From a virus (Duplodnaviria; Caudoviricetes): DNA of 50,657 nt. The notes beneath the pieces were generated by a model that worked only from the letters and a program-made list of their open reading frames with translations, was not told where the DNA came from and ran no database searches. Location of the stretch: positions 1-50,657 of the IMG/VR virus record IMGVR_UViG_3300043111_000068; one strand, written 5' to 3'. Below, in pieces: positions 25,658-35,274 of this stretch (positions are counted from its first letter, which is position 1; each line of letters opens with the position of its first letter). The position numbers were made by a program, and so were the translations under genes.

Positions 25658-27139
25658 CTATTTACTGTAATCCTTTCTCAACCACTCTCTATCGTCATTA
25701 GACATGGGCTCCCAAGGGGCGGGACTCTTGACCATATCAGCCTGGCTGTAATTCCTGCGATCCTTACCACTGAGCGCATCCAGGAATTTACGCAGAGTTT
25801 CTTTGTCAGTAATCTTGGACCCGAACTTCTTGAATATTTCATCAATCTGTGTTGGACCTACATTTTTGAGATCCCCAGAACTCCTGTCCGTAGATGCTGC
25901 GTGACCAAGATGTTTTTTCAACCACTCTCCAACTTCGCTTGTGACGGGCTGCTGCGACTGTGCGGGGTTTGTTTCAGCAACTCGTCGTTCATTATCAGAT
26001 ACCGGCCCCTTTCTGACGGACTCGGGTGGTGTCTTGGATTGCGCCTCCACCACTTTTTGGAGGAGCTGCTCAATAGCCTCGTCTCTATTGCTCACTGTCT
26101 GTTGCAGGTTCCCCATGGCGGTCGAGGTCTGGTCAGAATTCATCCCCTTGCCCTGAATCGCTGCGTTTTTCCACGAGTCTGAAACCATTGAGCCGAAGTC
26201 CTTTATCGGCTGCATCATTTCGCCCATGGTCACGGGATCGTAGTCTTTATACTGAGCTACTATTTGTGGAGTCTCTGGTGACTGCTGTTGAGGCGCAGGC
26301 GCAGCGGGGGGAGCGGGCTGCATAGGTGCCCCGCCCATCCTATTCATCCGTAACGCTCCCAACACATTATTCCACACACCATCTGGCCCCTGCGGTGGCA
26401 TTCCGGCACCAGGCGAAAGGGGTCCGGCATAAGCGGGCTGCTGGGGCTGCTGCTGCTGCTGCTGAGGCTGGGGCTGGGGCGCGGGCTGCGCCTGTTCCCG
26501 AGCCTGCTGCTCTTGCTGATTATGGTTAATGTATTGCGGAGGGGTTCTTCCATAGACTGGCTGCTGCTGAAGCTGGCCCTGCTGTGGCTGCTGCTGGTTG
26601 CGTAGGAATTCATATCCGGCTGCAAATAAGTCCGGATGAGTACCGCCCCCTCTGAAGTTCGAAGGTCTTCCTCCAACTTCAAAGTCTGCCATGTTGTAGT
26701 CACCGTTTATCCAATTAGCCAAAAAATCTTGGCGAGAGCTATTAGCGTCAAGACCGCCAAGAGAATCACCCGCTCCACCACCAAGAGGCGGCAAGCCGGC
26801 AGCGTTAGGATTCGGTAGATATTCATGACCATGCTGAATAAGGTTTCCGCGCTGCATACCTTCATTATAGAGCCGTTGCTTTTTAAGCTCGCTGTCCGAC
26901 TGATACCTTGTGTCTGCCGAGCGAGAAAGTGCGCTGTATATATCTCCGGTAAACCGCTTGTCTGCTCCATATCTTGTTGCATCTGCCCGGATGTTTGCAG
27001 CGTCAAGATGGGTTTTATTCTGGCTATCAGCCATGGCTTTTTTGGCATCCCACTTCGCCTGCCCCGCCTGTCTTGCTGAATCAAGCATCTTGCTTGACCA
27101 GTTACCAAAAGAGTCAAATCGCTTATTCCAATCTGCCAT
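25658..27139 (-). CDS. Q/P/G-rich protein, probable internal virion/ejection protein
   Basis: Low-complexity poly-Q/P; directly upstream of the giant protein. Confidence 0.7.
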   Translation of the reverse strand: MADWNKRFDSFGNWSSKMLDSARQAGQAKWDAKKAMADSQNKTHLDAANIRADATRYGADKRFTGDIYSALSRSADTRYQSDSELKKQRLYNEGMQRGNLIQHGHEYLPNPNAAGLPPLGGGAGDSLGGLDANSSRQDFLANWINGDYNMADFEVGGRPSNFRGGGTHPDLFAAGYEFLRNQQQPQQGQLQQQPVYGRTPPQYINHNQQEQQAREQAQPAPQPQPQQQQQQPQQPAYAGPLSPGAGMPPQGPDGVWNNVLGALRMNRMGGAPMQPAPPAAPAPQQQSPETPQIVAQYKDYDPVTMGEMMQPIKDFGSMVSDSWKNAAIQGKGMNSDQTSTAMGNLQQTVSNRDEAIEQLLQKVVEAQSKTPPESVRKGPVSDNERRVAETNPAQSQQPVTSEVGEWLKKHLGHAASTDRSSGDLKNVGPTQIDEIFKKFGSKITDKETLRKFLDALSGKDRRNYSQADMVKSPAPWEPMSNDDREWLRKDYSK

Positions 27140-27165
27140 GGCTATTCCCCTTCCTCGTCTTCCAG

Positions 27166-28476
27166 TTAGGACACGGTTTGATAAAAAGATATGGGTGCTA
27201 TAAGATAGTTTTTCTGTGCAAGTTTTCGAGGGTCAACTTCTGTATTCTGTCTGTCGATTTCTGCTTGCTCTATAGCATCAGCACCGAGTCGAGTAAAGAA
27301 CCGCAACCCTGACCAGTCGAATCCTCCTGGCATTTCCATTGCGTCCATCTTGATTACTGCAACTCTTTCGCCTACAATATAATGATAAAAGTCTGTCGAT
27401 TTGAAATACACCGTCTCGCCCTTTGTTTCCACCTTATATATATTTCCAACTTCGTCATCCTCGGGAGGATAAATTTTCCTTACGATTCCAGTGGTGTAGT
27501 ATTTTGTTTCAAACCAGTTTCCAGCATGAAGATACGGGTAGCTTTCCTGAAACCACCAGGGATAGAACGCAAGAGGCTTTGCAAGGACTCCAACAAATTC
27601 ACCGGGGAGAGGCCACTTTGCATCCCTGGGAAGCCAGCAACGCATCTGCCTATAAAGGGGGTGTGGATCATGCCCTATGAAATGTGAGAGAGGATATTCG
27701 ACATCTTTGTTCATTGTGATTCCATGCGTTATTACATGGATACCCTTGCACTTTCCAGACAGGTCTGCCGGGGGAAGCAGGTTCTCATCCAAAAGAAATC
27801 GCCGGACCACCTTCGTTTCGTCGGTCTCACTTTGAAGGATACTACCAGATTTCACACCGGGGGAGGATGCGAACCCTGACGCCGTGTTCGAGTCTTCGAT
27901 CATGGTTTCGGACACCAGAGTGAGTGCATCCATGACACCAAGCGGTCCTACGGGGATCGAGACATACCCTGCATAAAAATCGGCCAGACCGACTGACGAG
28001 TCGAACCCGGCATTTCGGTACCACCCTGGTCCCAGAGATATATACAGCTCGCTTTCACCGTAAACAAACGATTCGTATTTCAGCTCATGGATGTATGGCT
28101 TTGCTGCGATGGCATGATTGAGCGCGGGATAAAAGCTGCTTGTCAGGTCTTTTGCATCGAGGATCGTCTTGAGTGGCTTGAGCCTTCCGTCATCATCGAA
28201 ACGATCAAAGAAGGGCTTGAGATGTTCCAGAACCAATTCCGGATCCCGGTTGTTCATGTCGAGGATGTTTGTCGTAGGGATGAGAAACCAAGTATCGGCA
28301 TCAAGCAGGATGTCGATTCTGACCGAAGCACCACCGGGCAGAGTGATATCCAGGCTCCCGTCATCCGTGATGGTCGTGCTGATATGTTCTTGACTGGAAA
28401 GACTGCGATAGGCCTCAACCGCGTGGTTAATGATTGCATCCGTGGACGAGCCGAAGGCCTGCTGGGGAGACTTCAT
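27166..28476 (-). CDS. Hypothetical structural-region protein
   Basis: 436-aa ORF coupled to the upstream gene. Confidence 0.7.
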   Translation of the reverse strand: MKSPQQAFGSSTDAIINHAVEAYRSLSSQEHISTTITDDGSLDITLPGGASVRIDILLDADTWFLIPTTNILDMNNRDPELVLEHLKPFFDRFDDDGRLKPLKTILDAKDLTSSFYPALNHAIAAKPYIHELKYESFVYGESELYISLGPGWYRNAGFDSSVGLADFYAGYVSIPVGPLGVMDALTLVSETMIEDSNTASGFASSPGVKSGSILQSETDETKVVRRFLLDENLLPPADLSGKCKGIHVITHGITMNKDVEYPLSHFIGHDPHPLYRQMRCWLPRDAKWPLPGEFVGVLAKPLAFYPWWFQESYPYLHAGNWFETKYYTTGIVRKIYPPEDDEVGNIYKVETKGETVYFKSTDFYHYIVGERVAVIKMDAMEMPGGFDWSGLRFFTRLGADAIEQAEIDRQNTEVDPRKLAQKNYLIAPISFYQTVS

Positions 28477-30398
28477 TAAACGATTCCTTCCGTATTGCCG
28501 CTAGGCGCATTTCCCCCGGGGGTGTTGCCCGGTGTGGTAGTTCCACCAGAGGGGGTCGTGGCCAGGACATGCCCATACGCGGCCTGGATGTTCGCTGTGG
28601 ACATTATCTCGGTGGCATTGATCGCATTATCTTTGTTTTCCTGGTACGAGATTGAGCGTTTTTTCCAATAGGCTTTTTTCGCAAGAGAACGACTATCGAT
28701 TAGATTGCTCTCTGTTTCAACCGAGTTCGCTTCCAGTTCGAGGCGGTCAATGTCCGTGTCGATCCTGATGTCGTGCAATTCCTCGTCACGCTCGTGCCCA
28801 TTCATCTGATAGTCGAGCGGCGAGATGGCTGCTGCAACAATGGCGTTTTCGTAGGCACTATAGCGATTATTGAAAGCGTTGTATGAGCTTGCAATGTCGG
28901 TAAGCAGTGAGAGGTAATCTGCCTGCTGCAGGCGGGTTAGCTTGTCGGTATAAATATCTCGCTGGATGCGAATAGACTCTGCATATTTCCGCTCAACAGG
29001 GATTTCCATTCCCGTAACCTGAGCACGAGCTTTTTCGGCCTCGGTTTTCGTGACATAGGCCTCAAGATTAAGGAGATCGACCTGCAGGCCTGCTACTCGC
29101 TCCGTGACATACGCATCACCGTCCAGCCGTTTTGCCGAAGCTTGGGTCTGCATCGAGCTTCCCCGGACCGTATTGCTCTGGGCCTGCGCCAGGATGGTTG
29201 AAGATTCTGCCGCGATAAGCAACTTCTTTGCCTGGGACTGCGAGAGACTTGCGACTGCATACGCGGCAGCGGCCCGAGATTCGTCAGCCTTGATTCCCGC
29301 CCTGGTAGCAGAGAGGTTGATGGTCTTGATGCGGTTTTGAGCTTCAATAATTGAAGATTCGGTCTGCGCCTTTCTCGCCTTGTAGGACGCGGTATCCCCA
29401 TGCAGACCTGCAATTTGTGAAGCAACTCCTACTTCTTTTGATGCGTAAATTGCAACGTCAGCATCGATGTCGGCCACCTGCATCTGTGTCTGAATCGTGC
29501 GGGACTCGTATGTTGTTTTCTGCTCCCCCAGCTCAGCAATCTGAACGTCCAGCCGCTTTGTGGACGCCTCGGTCTGCGATTTGTCAGCCTTGAGGTTTTC
29601 GGCTTGAATAGCTTGCTGCGCGATCCTGGCATCGTAGCCGGCAATCTCGGCCTCCATGTCAGCAATGCTCGAAGCGACCATGAGTTTCCGGTGGAAAAAT
29701 TCCTGTTCGTCCGCTTCAGCCTGGGCAACCCGAGCGGCATATTGATCGGCCATGGCTTCCACACGCGCCAATTCTTCGGGTTTAGTGGCCAGCTCCATAG
29801 CCGAACGGTTCGTCTGGATCTGCAGCTTGACTACATTCTCGAGCGCATTGAGCTTCGAGAGGTCGGACTGCAGCTTCCGGATCTCTGCCTGCTTGTTATT
29901 CATCTCTTCCAGGCTGAGATACGTCCCTTCCATGCCAAGATGTTTCGTCAGTGTGGTGATCCTGTTCGCTGTTTCTGCCGTGGTTGCGGTAAGTTGTGCC
30001 TCAACAGTTGTAAGATAGGCCTCGTTCGAGGAGAGCGCAGCGACTTTAGCATCCATGATGTCAGTTTCGTTTGCGACCTGCACCCCCTTGACCCTGATCG
30101 CTTCCTTCTGAATCGCATCGTCAATGGCCAGAACATACTCCCTGGCCGCAATATCGATAGCCACCTGCTGATCTTCGGCGTCAATTTCCTCCATGGCAAC
30201 AGCATATTCTTCGGTCAGCAAAACGATCTCTTCAAGAGACAGAGCTTCGTAATAATCAACCCCCAGGTTTCCGAAAAGATCATACAGGCCAAACTGAATA
30301 CCCTTGAAAGCCGCAGCCAGGGAGTTAATTTTGACTCCGACCTGAAACGCCGCCCACACAGCCTGTTCCCGTTGTCTCGCTCTCTCGTAAATTGTCAT
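28476..30398 (-). CDS. Long Ala-rich coiled-coil virion protein (640 aa)
   Basis: Heptad character; shares C-terminal motif with neighbour. Confidence 0.75.
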   Translation of the reverse strand: MTIYERARQREQAVWAAFQVGVKINSLAAAFKGIQFGLYDLFGNLGVDYYEALSLEEIVLLTEEYAVAMEEIDAEDQQVAIDIAAREYVLAIDDAIQKEAIRVKGVQVANETDIMDAKVAALSSNEAYLTTVEAQLTATTAETANRITTLTKHLGMEGTYLSLEEMNNKQAEIRKLQSDLSKLNALENVVKLQIQTNRSAMELATKPEELARVEAMADQYAARVAQAEADEQEFFHRKLMVASSIADMEAEIAGYDARIAQQAIQAENLKADKSQTEASTKRLDVQIAELGEQKTTYESRTIQTQMQVADIDADVAIYASKEVGVASQIAGLHGDTASYKARKAQTESSIIEAQNRIKTINLSATRAGIKADESRAAAAYAVASLSQSQAKKLLIAAESSTILAQAQSNTVRGSSMQTQASAKRLDGDAYVTERVAGLQVDLLNLEAYVTKTEAEKARAQVTGMEIPVERKYAESIRIQRDIYTDKLTRLQQADYLSLLTDIASSYNAFNNRYSAYENAIVAAAISPLDYQMNGHERDEELHDIRIDTDIDRLELEANSVETESNLIDSRSLAKKAYWKKRSISYQENKDNAINATEIMSTANIQAAYGHVLATTPSGGTTTPGNTPGGNAPSGNTEGIV

Positions 30399-32317
30399 AC
30401 GTCTGCCGCCACTGAGTGCATGATTTTTGCCGTGATGTTCGCCTGAGACATATACTTGGCCTTCCAGTATTCTTCGACACGAGCCTGGGCGTTCTGGTTC
30501 CAGAAGTCCGCGCCCTGCCGGTTGATCTCTGTGATCTCGTCGGACATGCGCTTCTTCAGCCGGTCGATGAGAACCGCCTTTGCCCGATCCTTGGTTGCGC
30601 TTTGTAGCCTACGGTAATCACTAATCTTTTTACTGTTTGCCCAATCAGCCTTGGAGTTAAGCCGGTCGTAGGCTTCCTCTCTGGCAATAGCCTCTTTCTT
30701 TCTCGTATCCATCTGCAGAAAGGAGAGTTCGGAACGCTGTGCGGAAATTTCTTCACGTTTCACCGAGACATCCGCTTCGTATCCGCTCAGGTTCTTTTTG
30801 GCTTCGTTTGCCTCTACCTGGGCCTCGGCCTTGTCGGTGCGAGTCGTCCATAGCGTCTTATAGTCTTCTACCTGCTGCAGGATGGCATTGTTCAGCTCGT
30901 CGATGGCGTCCATGTATGTCGTTGAAACATAGTTCTTTTTCGTGTTGACGGCATCCACAATCTGCTGCTTGAGCCCGGCAACGTACTCCTCGGCCAGGGC
31001 AACCGCCTGATAACCGGCAGTAATGTCATTCTCGCTAAGGGCTCTTGTCTCCATCGCCTGCGCCTTGGATGTCTGCGCTGGTGCTATCTCTGTGGCTTCA
31101 TAATTTGCCGCGTCAATGCGCTTTTCAGCCGCTGTGGATGCTTCGGCTGCCGCAGCCAGCTCAGCATCCTGTAGCGCGTTATATGCCCCCGCGAGAGGGC
31201 CGAGAGAGGCAATGTATTCATCCTGTTTGAGTGCGTAGGCTTCGATGGCCGCATTCTTTTCCTCGGTGGGCGCGATGATCCCGTCGAGCGTAGAGGTGTA
31301 GCTTTCGATGGCGGTGATCTTGCGACTGTACTCACTACCGAGATTTGAAACCGCAGCGGAGTAGTTTTGCACTGCGGTAATTTTTTGCTGCAAGGGTCCG
31401 TCCAACTCTTCCAGCTTGGCTGCATAGGCTTCAATAGCCAGCCGTTTTTCTTCGATAGGGACAGACAACGCCTGCACCGCATCAACATACAGATCCACCT
31501 TGGCTTTTTTGTTTTCAGCATACCCATAGAGATCATTTGCTCTCTCAATATAGTCCTTTTTCGCATCGGCTACAGCCTCGGATTGCATGTTGAGCAACAC
31601 CTGCTGATCATTCACCAGCCCCTGCGCTGTCACTATTAGATCTTGATAATCCTTGATGTCGTCCGAATCAGCCTTCTGCTGATCGATCTCAGCGCGGGCC
31701 AGGGCTTCTGTGACGAGGATGTCGTCTGTATTGGTCAGAATCGCTTCAACAAAAGGCAGAGCTTCGAGTTTCTTTTGAGCCGTCAGAAGTTTTGCATCGA
31801 GCAAGGCTTGTTCTTCATCGTAGGCCGTGGCCGGGAGTGCGGCCATCTGCTGTTTAAGGTCTTCGACTTCGCCCTGAATCCTGGCCTTCTCGGAGGTGAT
31901 AAACGCCTCGCGCACCGCCTGGTTATACAAAGCCTCGTCCAGTTCCAGCTCGTCGAACATATTGATCTCTTTGAGATCGGCCTGTTCTTTTTGGAGGTCG
32001 GCATACAGAGTCGCCTTGTTGATCTCCATGGTGATCCGGGCGCGTCGAAGGGCCGCATCATTGGACAGTCTGCGCGACTTGAGATCCATGTCAACGGACC
32101 TTTCAATGAGTGCCAGGTTCGCATCCGAAAGCTGATACTTTACCCGCCGCTCGAGATCGGAAAGCTGTCGCTGGATGTGTCCCGGTGGATGCTCGTGCGA
32201 CTGCGTGGCCACCTGGTCGAGCAGGCCGCGTGTGGAAACAACAAACTCGTCAAGGATCTGCGATTTCTTCCGAAACCAGGCTGAATCATCGTAAGGTCTG
32301 GCCATGCTATCTCCCAA
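30395..32317 (-). CDS. Long coiled-coil virion protein (640 aa) with 21-residue repeats
   Basis: KxxAI/VxxY recurring every 21 aa. Confidence 0.75.
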   Translation of the reverse strand: MGDSMARPYDDSAWFRKKSQILDEFVVSTRGLLDQVATQSHEHPPGHIQRQLSDLERRVKYQLSDANLALIERSVDMDLKSRRLSNDAALRRARITMEINKATLYADLQKEQADLKEINMFDELELDEALYNQAVREAFITSEKARIQGEVEDLKQQMAALPATAYDEEQALLDAKLLTAQKKLEALPFVEAILTNTDDILVTEALARAEIDQQKADSDDIKDYQDLIVTAQGLVNDQQVLLNMQSEAVADAKKDYIERANDLYGYAENKKAKVDLYVDAVQALSVPIEEKRLAIEAYAAKLEELDGPLQQKITAVQNYSAAVSNLGSEYSRKITAIESYTSTLDGIIAPTEEKNAAIEAYALKQDEYIASLGPLAGAYNALQDAELAAAAEASTAAEKRIDAANYEATEIAPAQTSKAQAMETRALSENDITAGYQAVALAEEYVAGLKQQIVDAVNTKKNYVSTTYMDAIDELNNAILQQVEDYKTLWTTRTDKAEAQVEANEAKKNLSGYEADVSVKREEISAQRSELSFLQMDTRKKEAIAREEAYDRLNSKADWANSKKISDYRRLQSATKDRAKAVLIDRLKKRMSDEITEINRQGADFWNQNAQARVEEYWKAKYMSQANITAKIMHSVAADV

Positions 32318-32762
32318 GGACTACGGGGATTAGTTCAATAAAATCAAGGGTCTCAAAATCCTCAAGCAGGAATGTCCACTTCTTTCCCCTCTGGTCCCGG
32401 CGCAGAGTCAACTCACTTTTGACGACACGGAAGGTGCGTTCCACACCCCGCTCAGTGACGGTCTTCAGCAGCGGGGTCGAGCCGGTTATGCCGAAATATG
32501 CCTTTCGGAACCGTTTGCTTTGCGCCATGTCGAAAGTTGTTGGAGCCAGGATGATACCGGGAGTGATTTTTTCCCCGTTGTCCGTGTCGCTATCAAAGAT
32601 GTGAACCCCGTCAGCATCGCAGGCAAAGTCGTATCCGGCAAAATTGCAGAACGAGTTGAAGGCAAAGTTTGAATAGACTGACGGATTCAAGTAGTCGGAG
32701 TTGAGGGTCCAGCAGTCCCAGGTGTCTCCGTCGATGATAAACTCGAGGTCATAATCTGCCAT
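32307..32762 (-). CDS. Tail structural protein
   Basis: SVYSNFAFNSF...DFIELIP; in tail operon. Confidence 0.65.
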   Translation of the reverse strand: MADYDLEFIIDGDTWDCWTLNSDYLNPSVYSNFAFNSFCNFAGYDFACDADGVHIFDSDTDNGEKITPGIILAPTTFDMAQSKRFRKAYFGITGSTPLLKTVTERGVERTFRVVKSELTLRRDQRGKKWTFLLEDFETLDFIELIPVVLGR

Positions 32763-33895
32763 TATCGTATCGCCTTGTCAGAATCGTTGATTGTTTCCTG
32801 CAGCAAGCAGAGAGCCAGCCATTTTGATACGGGGTCGTCCAGCAGCTCCGCGACATCCACAAGTACCTGTGGAATTACTCGAAGCAGTTCAGGAGAGTTT
32901 ACAAGATCGAGGGATTCCACAACCTCCGGGCAGTGCCCAAAGGTTACACTCGCGGCCTGTGTGATAGCAAGGGATTCCACGGCCTGCAAAAACCGCTGGA
33001 CCTCCGGGATGGGAGTCTCACCCAGGGCCAGAGACTCGATAGCCGTGTGGATCATTCGTGAGTCAACATCCATGCTCACGGCCAGGCCCAGGGATTCTTC
33101 AACGACCTTTGCGTAGAACTTCTCGAAGATAGCCTGGTCATAGGCCATGAACCGTTCGCTGAGTTCCTGCTGGCCGGTCCAGGTTGCAAGTAAGCCCAGC
33201 TTAGGGGTTAAGCTTTCATGTATCGACCTGCCATAAGCACCTTTGAGCCAGAGAGTGATGTCAAAATTATCAGCCAGGTACTTGTCCCAGCCCCAGGCAT
33301 ATTTGTCGTAAGCAAAGAAGTAGTCGAAAGCCTTGGAGTTGAAATAATATTCTTGAACAACGCTGTGACGCATGTTGAGATGGTCGCTCGTGGCCATCTT
33401 AATGACTTTGTAGCAGGCGTATATTTTGAATTCAGAGACGTTCTCCATTTTAATATCAAGAGATTCATAACAATATGGGAAGTACACTTCAGAGAAATGG
33501 CCGTCATCTATGAAGTCCATCCTTTCAATATTTTCTTCATAAAAGGTGTCAATCCCATGCAGAATATCAACCTGCATGAAGCAGCAAGCCAAAGGGTAAA
33601 CATCTGGAGTATGAGCAACGTCAACCCGCATATTTCCCAGCCGAACAGGGAGCCCTAACTTAATGTCTTCAAAGTTGTATGAGTCTTCAAGGAAGCAATG
33701 ATGCTCGGGAGTAAAAGATGTTTCTATTTCCAGAGATTCAGAGATTTCTTCTACCCAAACAATCCACACCGGGCAGGTCACAGATAACTGCTCCGTGAGA
33801 AGATCATCGAAGATCAGCCCGGCGACATTAATGTTCCCCTGCATATACGGGTTGAGAAATATGTATTCTTCGACTTCTGAGTGAAATATGCTCAT
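32762..33895 (-). CDS. Tail-associated beta-repeat protein
   Basis: Recurring (E/D)SL motif about every 20 aa. Confidence 0.65.
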   Translation of the reverse strand: MSIFHSEVEEYIFLNPYMQGNINVAGLIFDDLLTEQLSVTCPVWIVWVEEISESLEIETSFTPEHHCFLEDSYNFEDIKLGLPVRLGNMRVDVAHTPDVYPLACCFMQVDILHGIDTFYEENIERMDFIDDGHFSEVYFPYCYESLDIKMENVSEFKIYACYKVIKMATSDHLNMRHSVVQEYYFNSKAFDYFFAYDKYAWGWDKYLADNFDITLWLKGAYGRSIHESLTPKLGLLATWTGQQELSERFMAYDQAIFEKFYAKVVEESLGLAVSMDVDSRMIHTAIESLALGETPIPEVQRFLQAVESLAITQAASVTFGHCPEVVESLDLVNSPELLRVIPQVLVDVAELLDDPVSKWLALCLLQETINDSDKAIR

Positions 33896-33896
33896 A

Positions 33897-35273
33897 TTAT
33901 TCTACCATTACCTCGTCAGCAAAATGGGGTCGCTCGCCTAGTGAATCGCCGGTGATAAACAATGTCAGATAGGTGAACGCACTTGTATCAAATCGTCCCC
34001 AATCATTTCTAATATTCACAGCAGAAATAGTATCGAAAAGGGCAAATTCTATCAGAGTCAAATATGTATTGCCGGTCATATCAGAAACATCTATGGCACT
34101 TTCTACGAGTAACGAAACAACCTTTGCTCGAGTTTCTACTCCAAACTGACTTTCAAGAAGCATTAGCCATGTCCATCTTGTTGCAAGATCGGGGTACACA
34201 TCATAGTTGACACCAAGAGGGAAATATGTGGCTGATTCAACCTGCATCCCTTCTTGAATTCTTGAAATTAAATCCCTGCCTTGAGGTTGGATTACGGGAA
34301 AAATACTACTCGCAAACCTAGTTTCTGCATCAAATATTTGTCGGCAAAAACATCTAAACCTAACATCAAGAATTTCTAATTCATTTTGTTCATACAGAAC
34401 GGGAATCGAATAGTAAAAAAGTTCACGAACCCCTTCATTGTCTGCCTCAAGATAATCCAAGTCGCCTTCTACATACGGTTCAAAACGATCTTTGGCTACA
34501 GCCTCGACATGTGCATCGTTTCCGGCTGGTTCTCCGTCAAGATAGGGAGTCCAATTACGAGTGTCAGAAGGGACATTTTCAGGCACACACGAAGATATTT
34601 CAAACGGCCCAATAAAATCATCGTGGTATCCCATTTCTTCGTTGCAAATATACATCTGTCCAATTCTTATCCCGCTGGAAACAATCTGAAGTCTGTTGAA
34701 ATAGGATTCAGGAGCTGAGATCTCAGAGCCCCAGGCGTTATATGCGCTGGTAACACAATTATTGCGAGAGCAAACATTTCGCCCGTTTATTGCGATCTTT
34801 AGGCTTCCACCCGTGTTTATAGTATTGGTTGAGTCAACATAGATTTCAAGGAAGAATGGCCGGTAAAACATCCCTGGAATCGTATTCTCAGGGTCTATCG
34901 CTGTATATTGCGATCCGGCAGAAAAGGTCGCAGATGCGTTAAAATCGGTAAAGCTCATTTTAACAGTAAAGTATGTCGGAGTAAGTAATTCTGTATAGGT
35001 GTTGGTAGCGGTGTCGATACGGACATTGACCGTGTCTCCACGTCCGAGCCTAAAGGTTAGGCTGTAAGACGAACCAGACGGAACAATTAGCCCACCCCAA
35101 ACAATACGTCTTGAATTAGGAAGTACAGGAGATACGATCCCATCAGGATTTATGTAAATATAGCTTTTATTGTCATAGATCCTGTCACTCTCAGACTCAA
35201 AGTTCTGTATCCCCAAAAGCTCTTCAATATTCGCCGTGGTAATGTCATCAAAGCTTTCAAGTAGGACAAACAT
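33897..35273 (-). CDS. Tail-associated protein
   Basis: MFVLLESFD start and MYICNE motif shared with the next gene. Confidence 0.65.
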   Translation of the reverse strand: MFVLLESFDDITTANIEELLGIQNFESESDRIYDNKSYIYINPDGIVSPVLPNSRRIVWGGLIVPSGSSYSLTFRLGRGDTVNVRIDTATNTYTELLTPTYFTVKMSFTDFNASATFSAGSQYTAIDPENTIPGMFYRPFFLEIYVDSTNTINTGGSLKIAINGRNVCSRNNCVTSAYNAWGSEISAPESYFNRLQIVSSGIRIGQMYICNEEMGYHDDFIGPFEISSCVPENVPSDTRNWTPYLDGEPAGNDAHVEAVAKDRFEPYVEGDLDYLEADNEGVRELFYYSIPVLYEQNELEILDVRFRCFCRQIFDAETRFASSIFPVIQPQGRDLISRIQEGMQVESATYFPLGVNYDVYPDLATRWTWLMLLESQFGVETRAKVVSLLVESAIDVSDMTGNTYLTLIEFALFDTISAVNIRNDWGRFDTSAFTYLTLFITGDSLGERPHFADEVMVE

Positions 35274-35274
35274 T

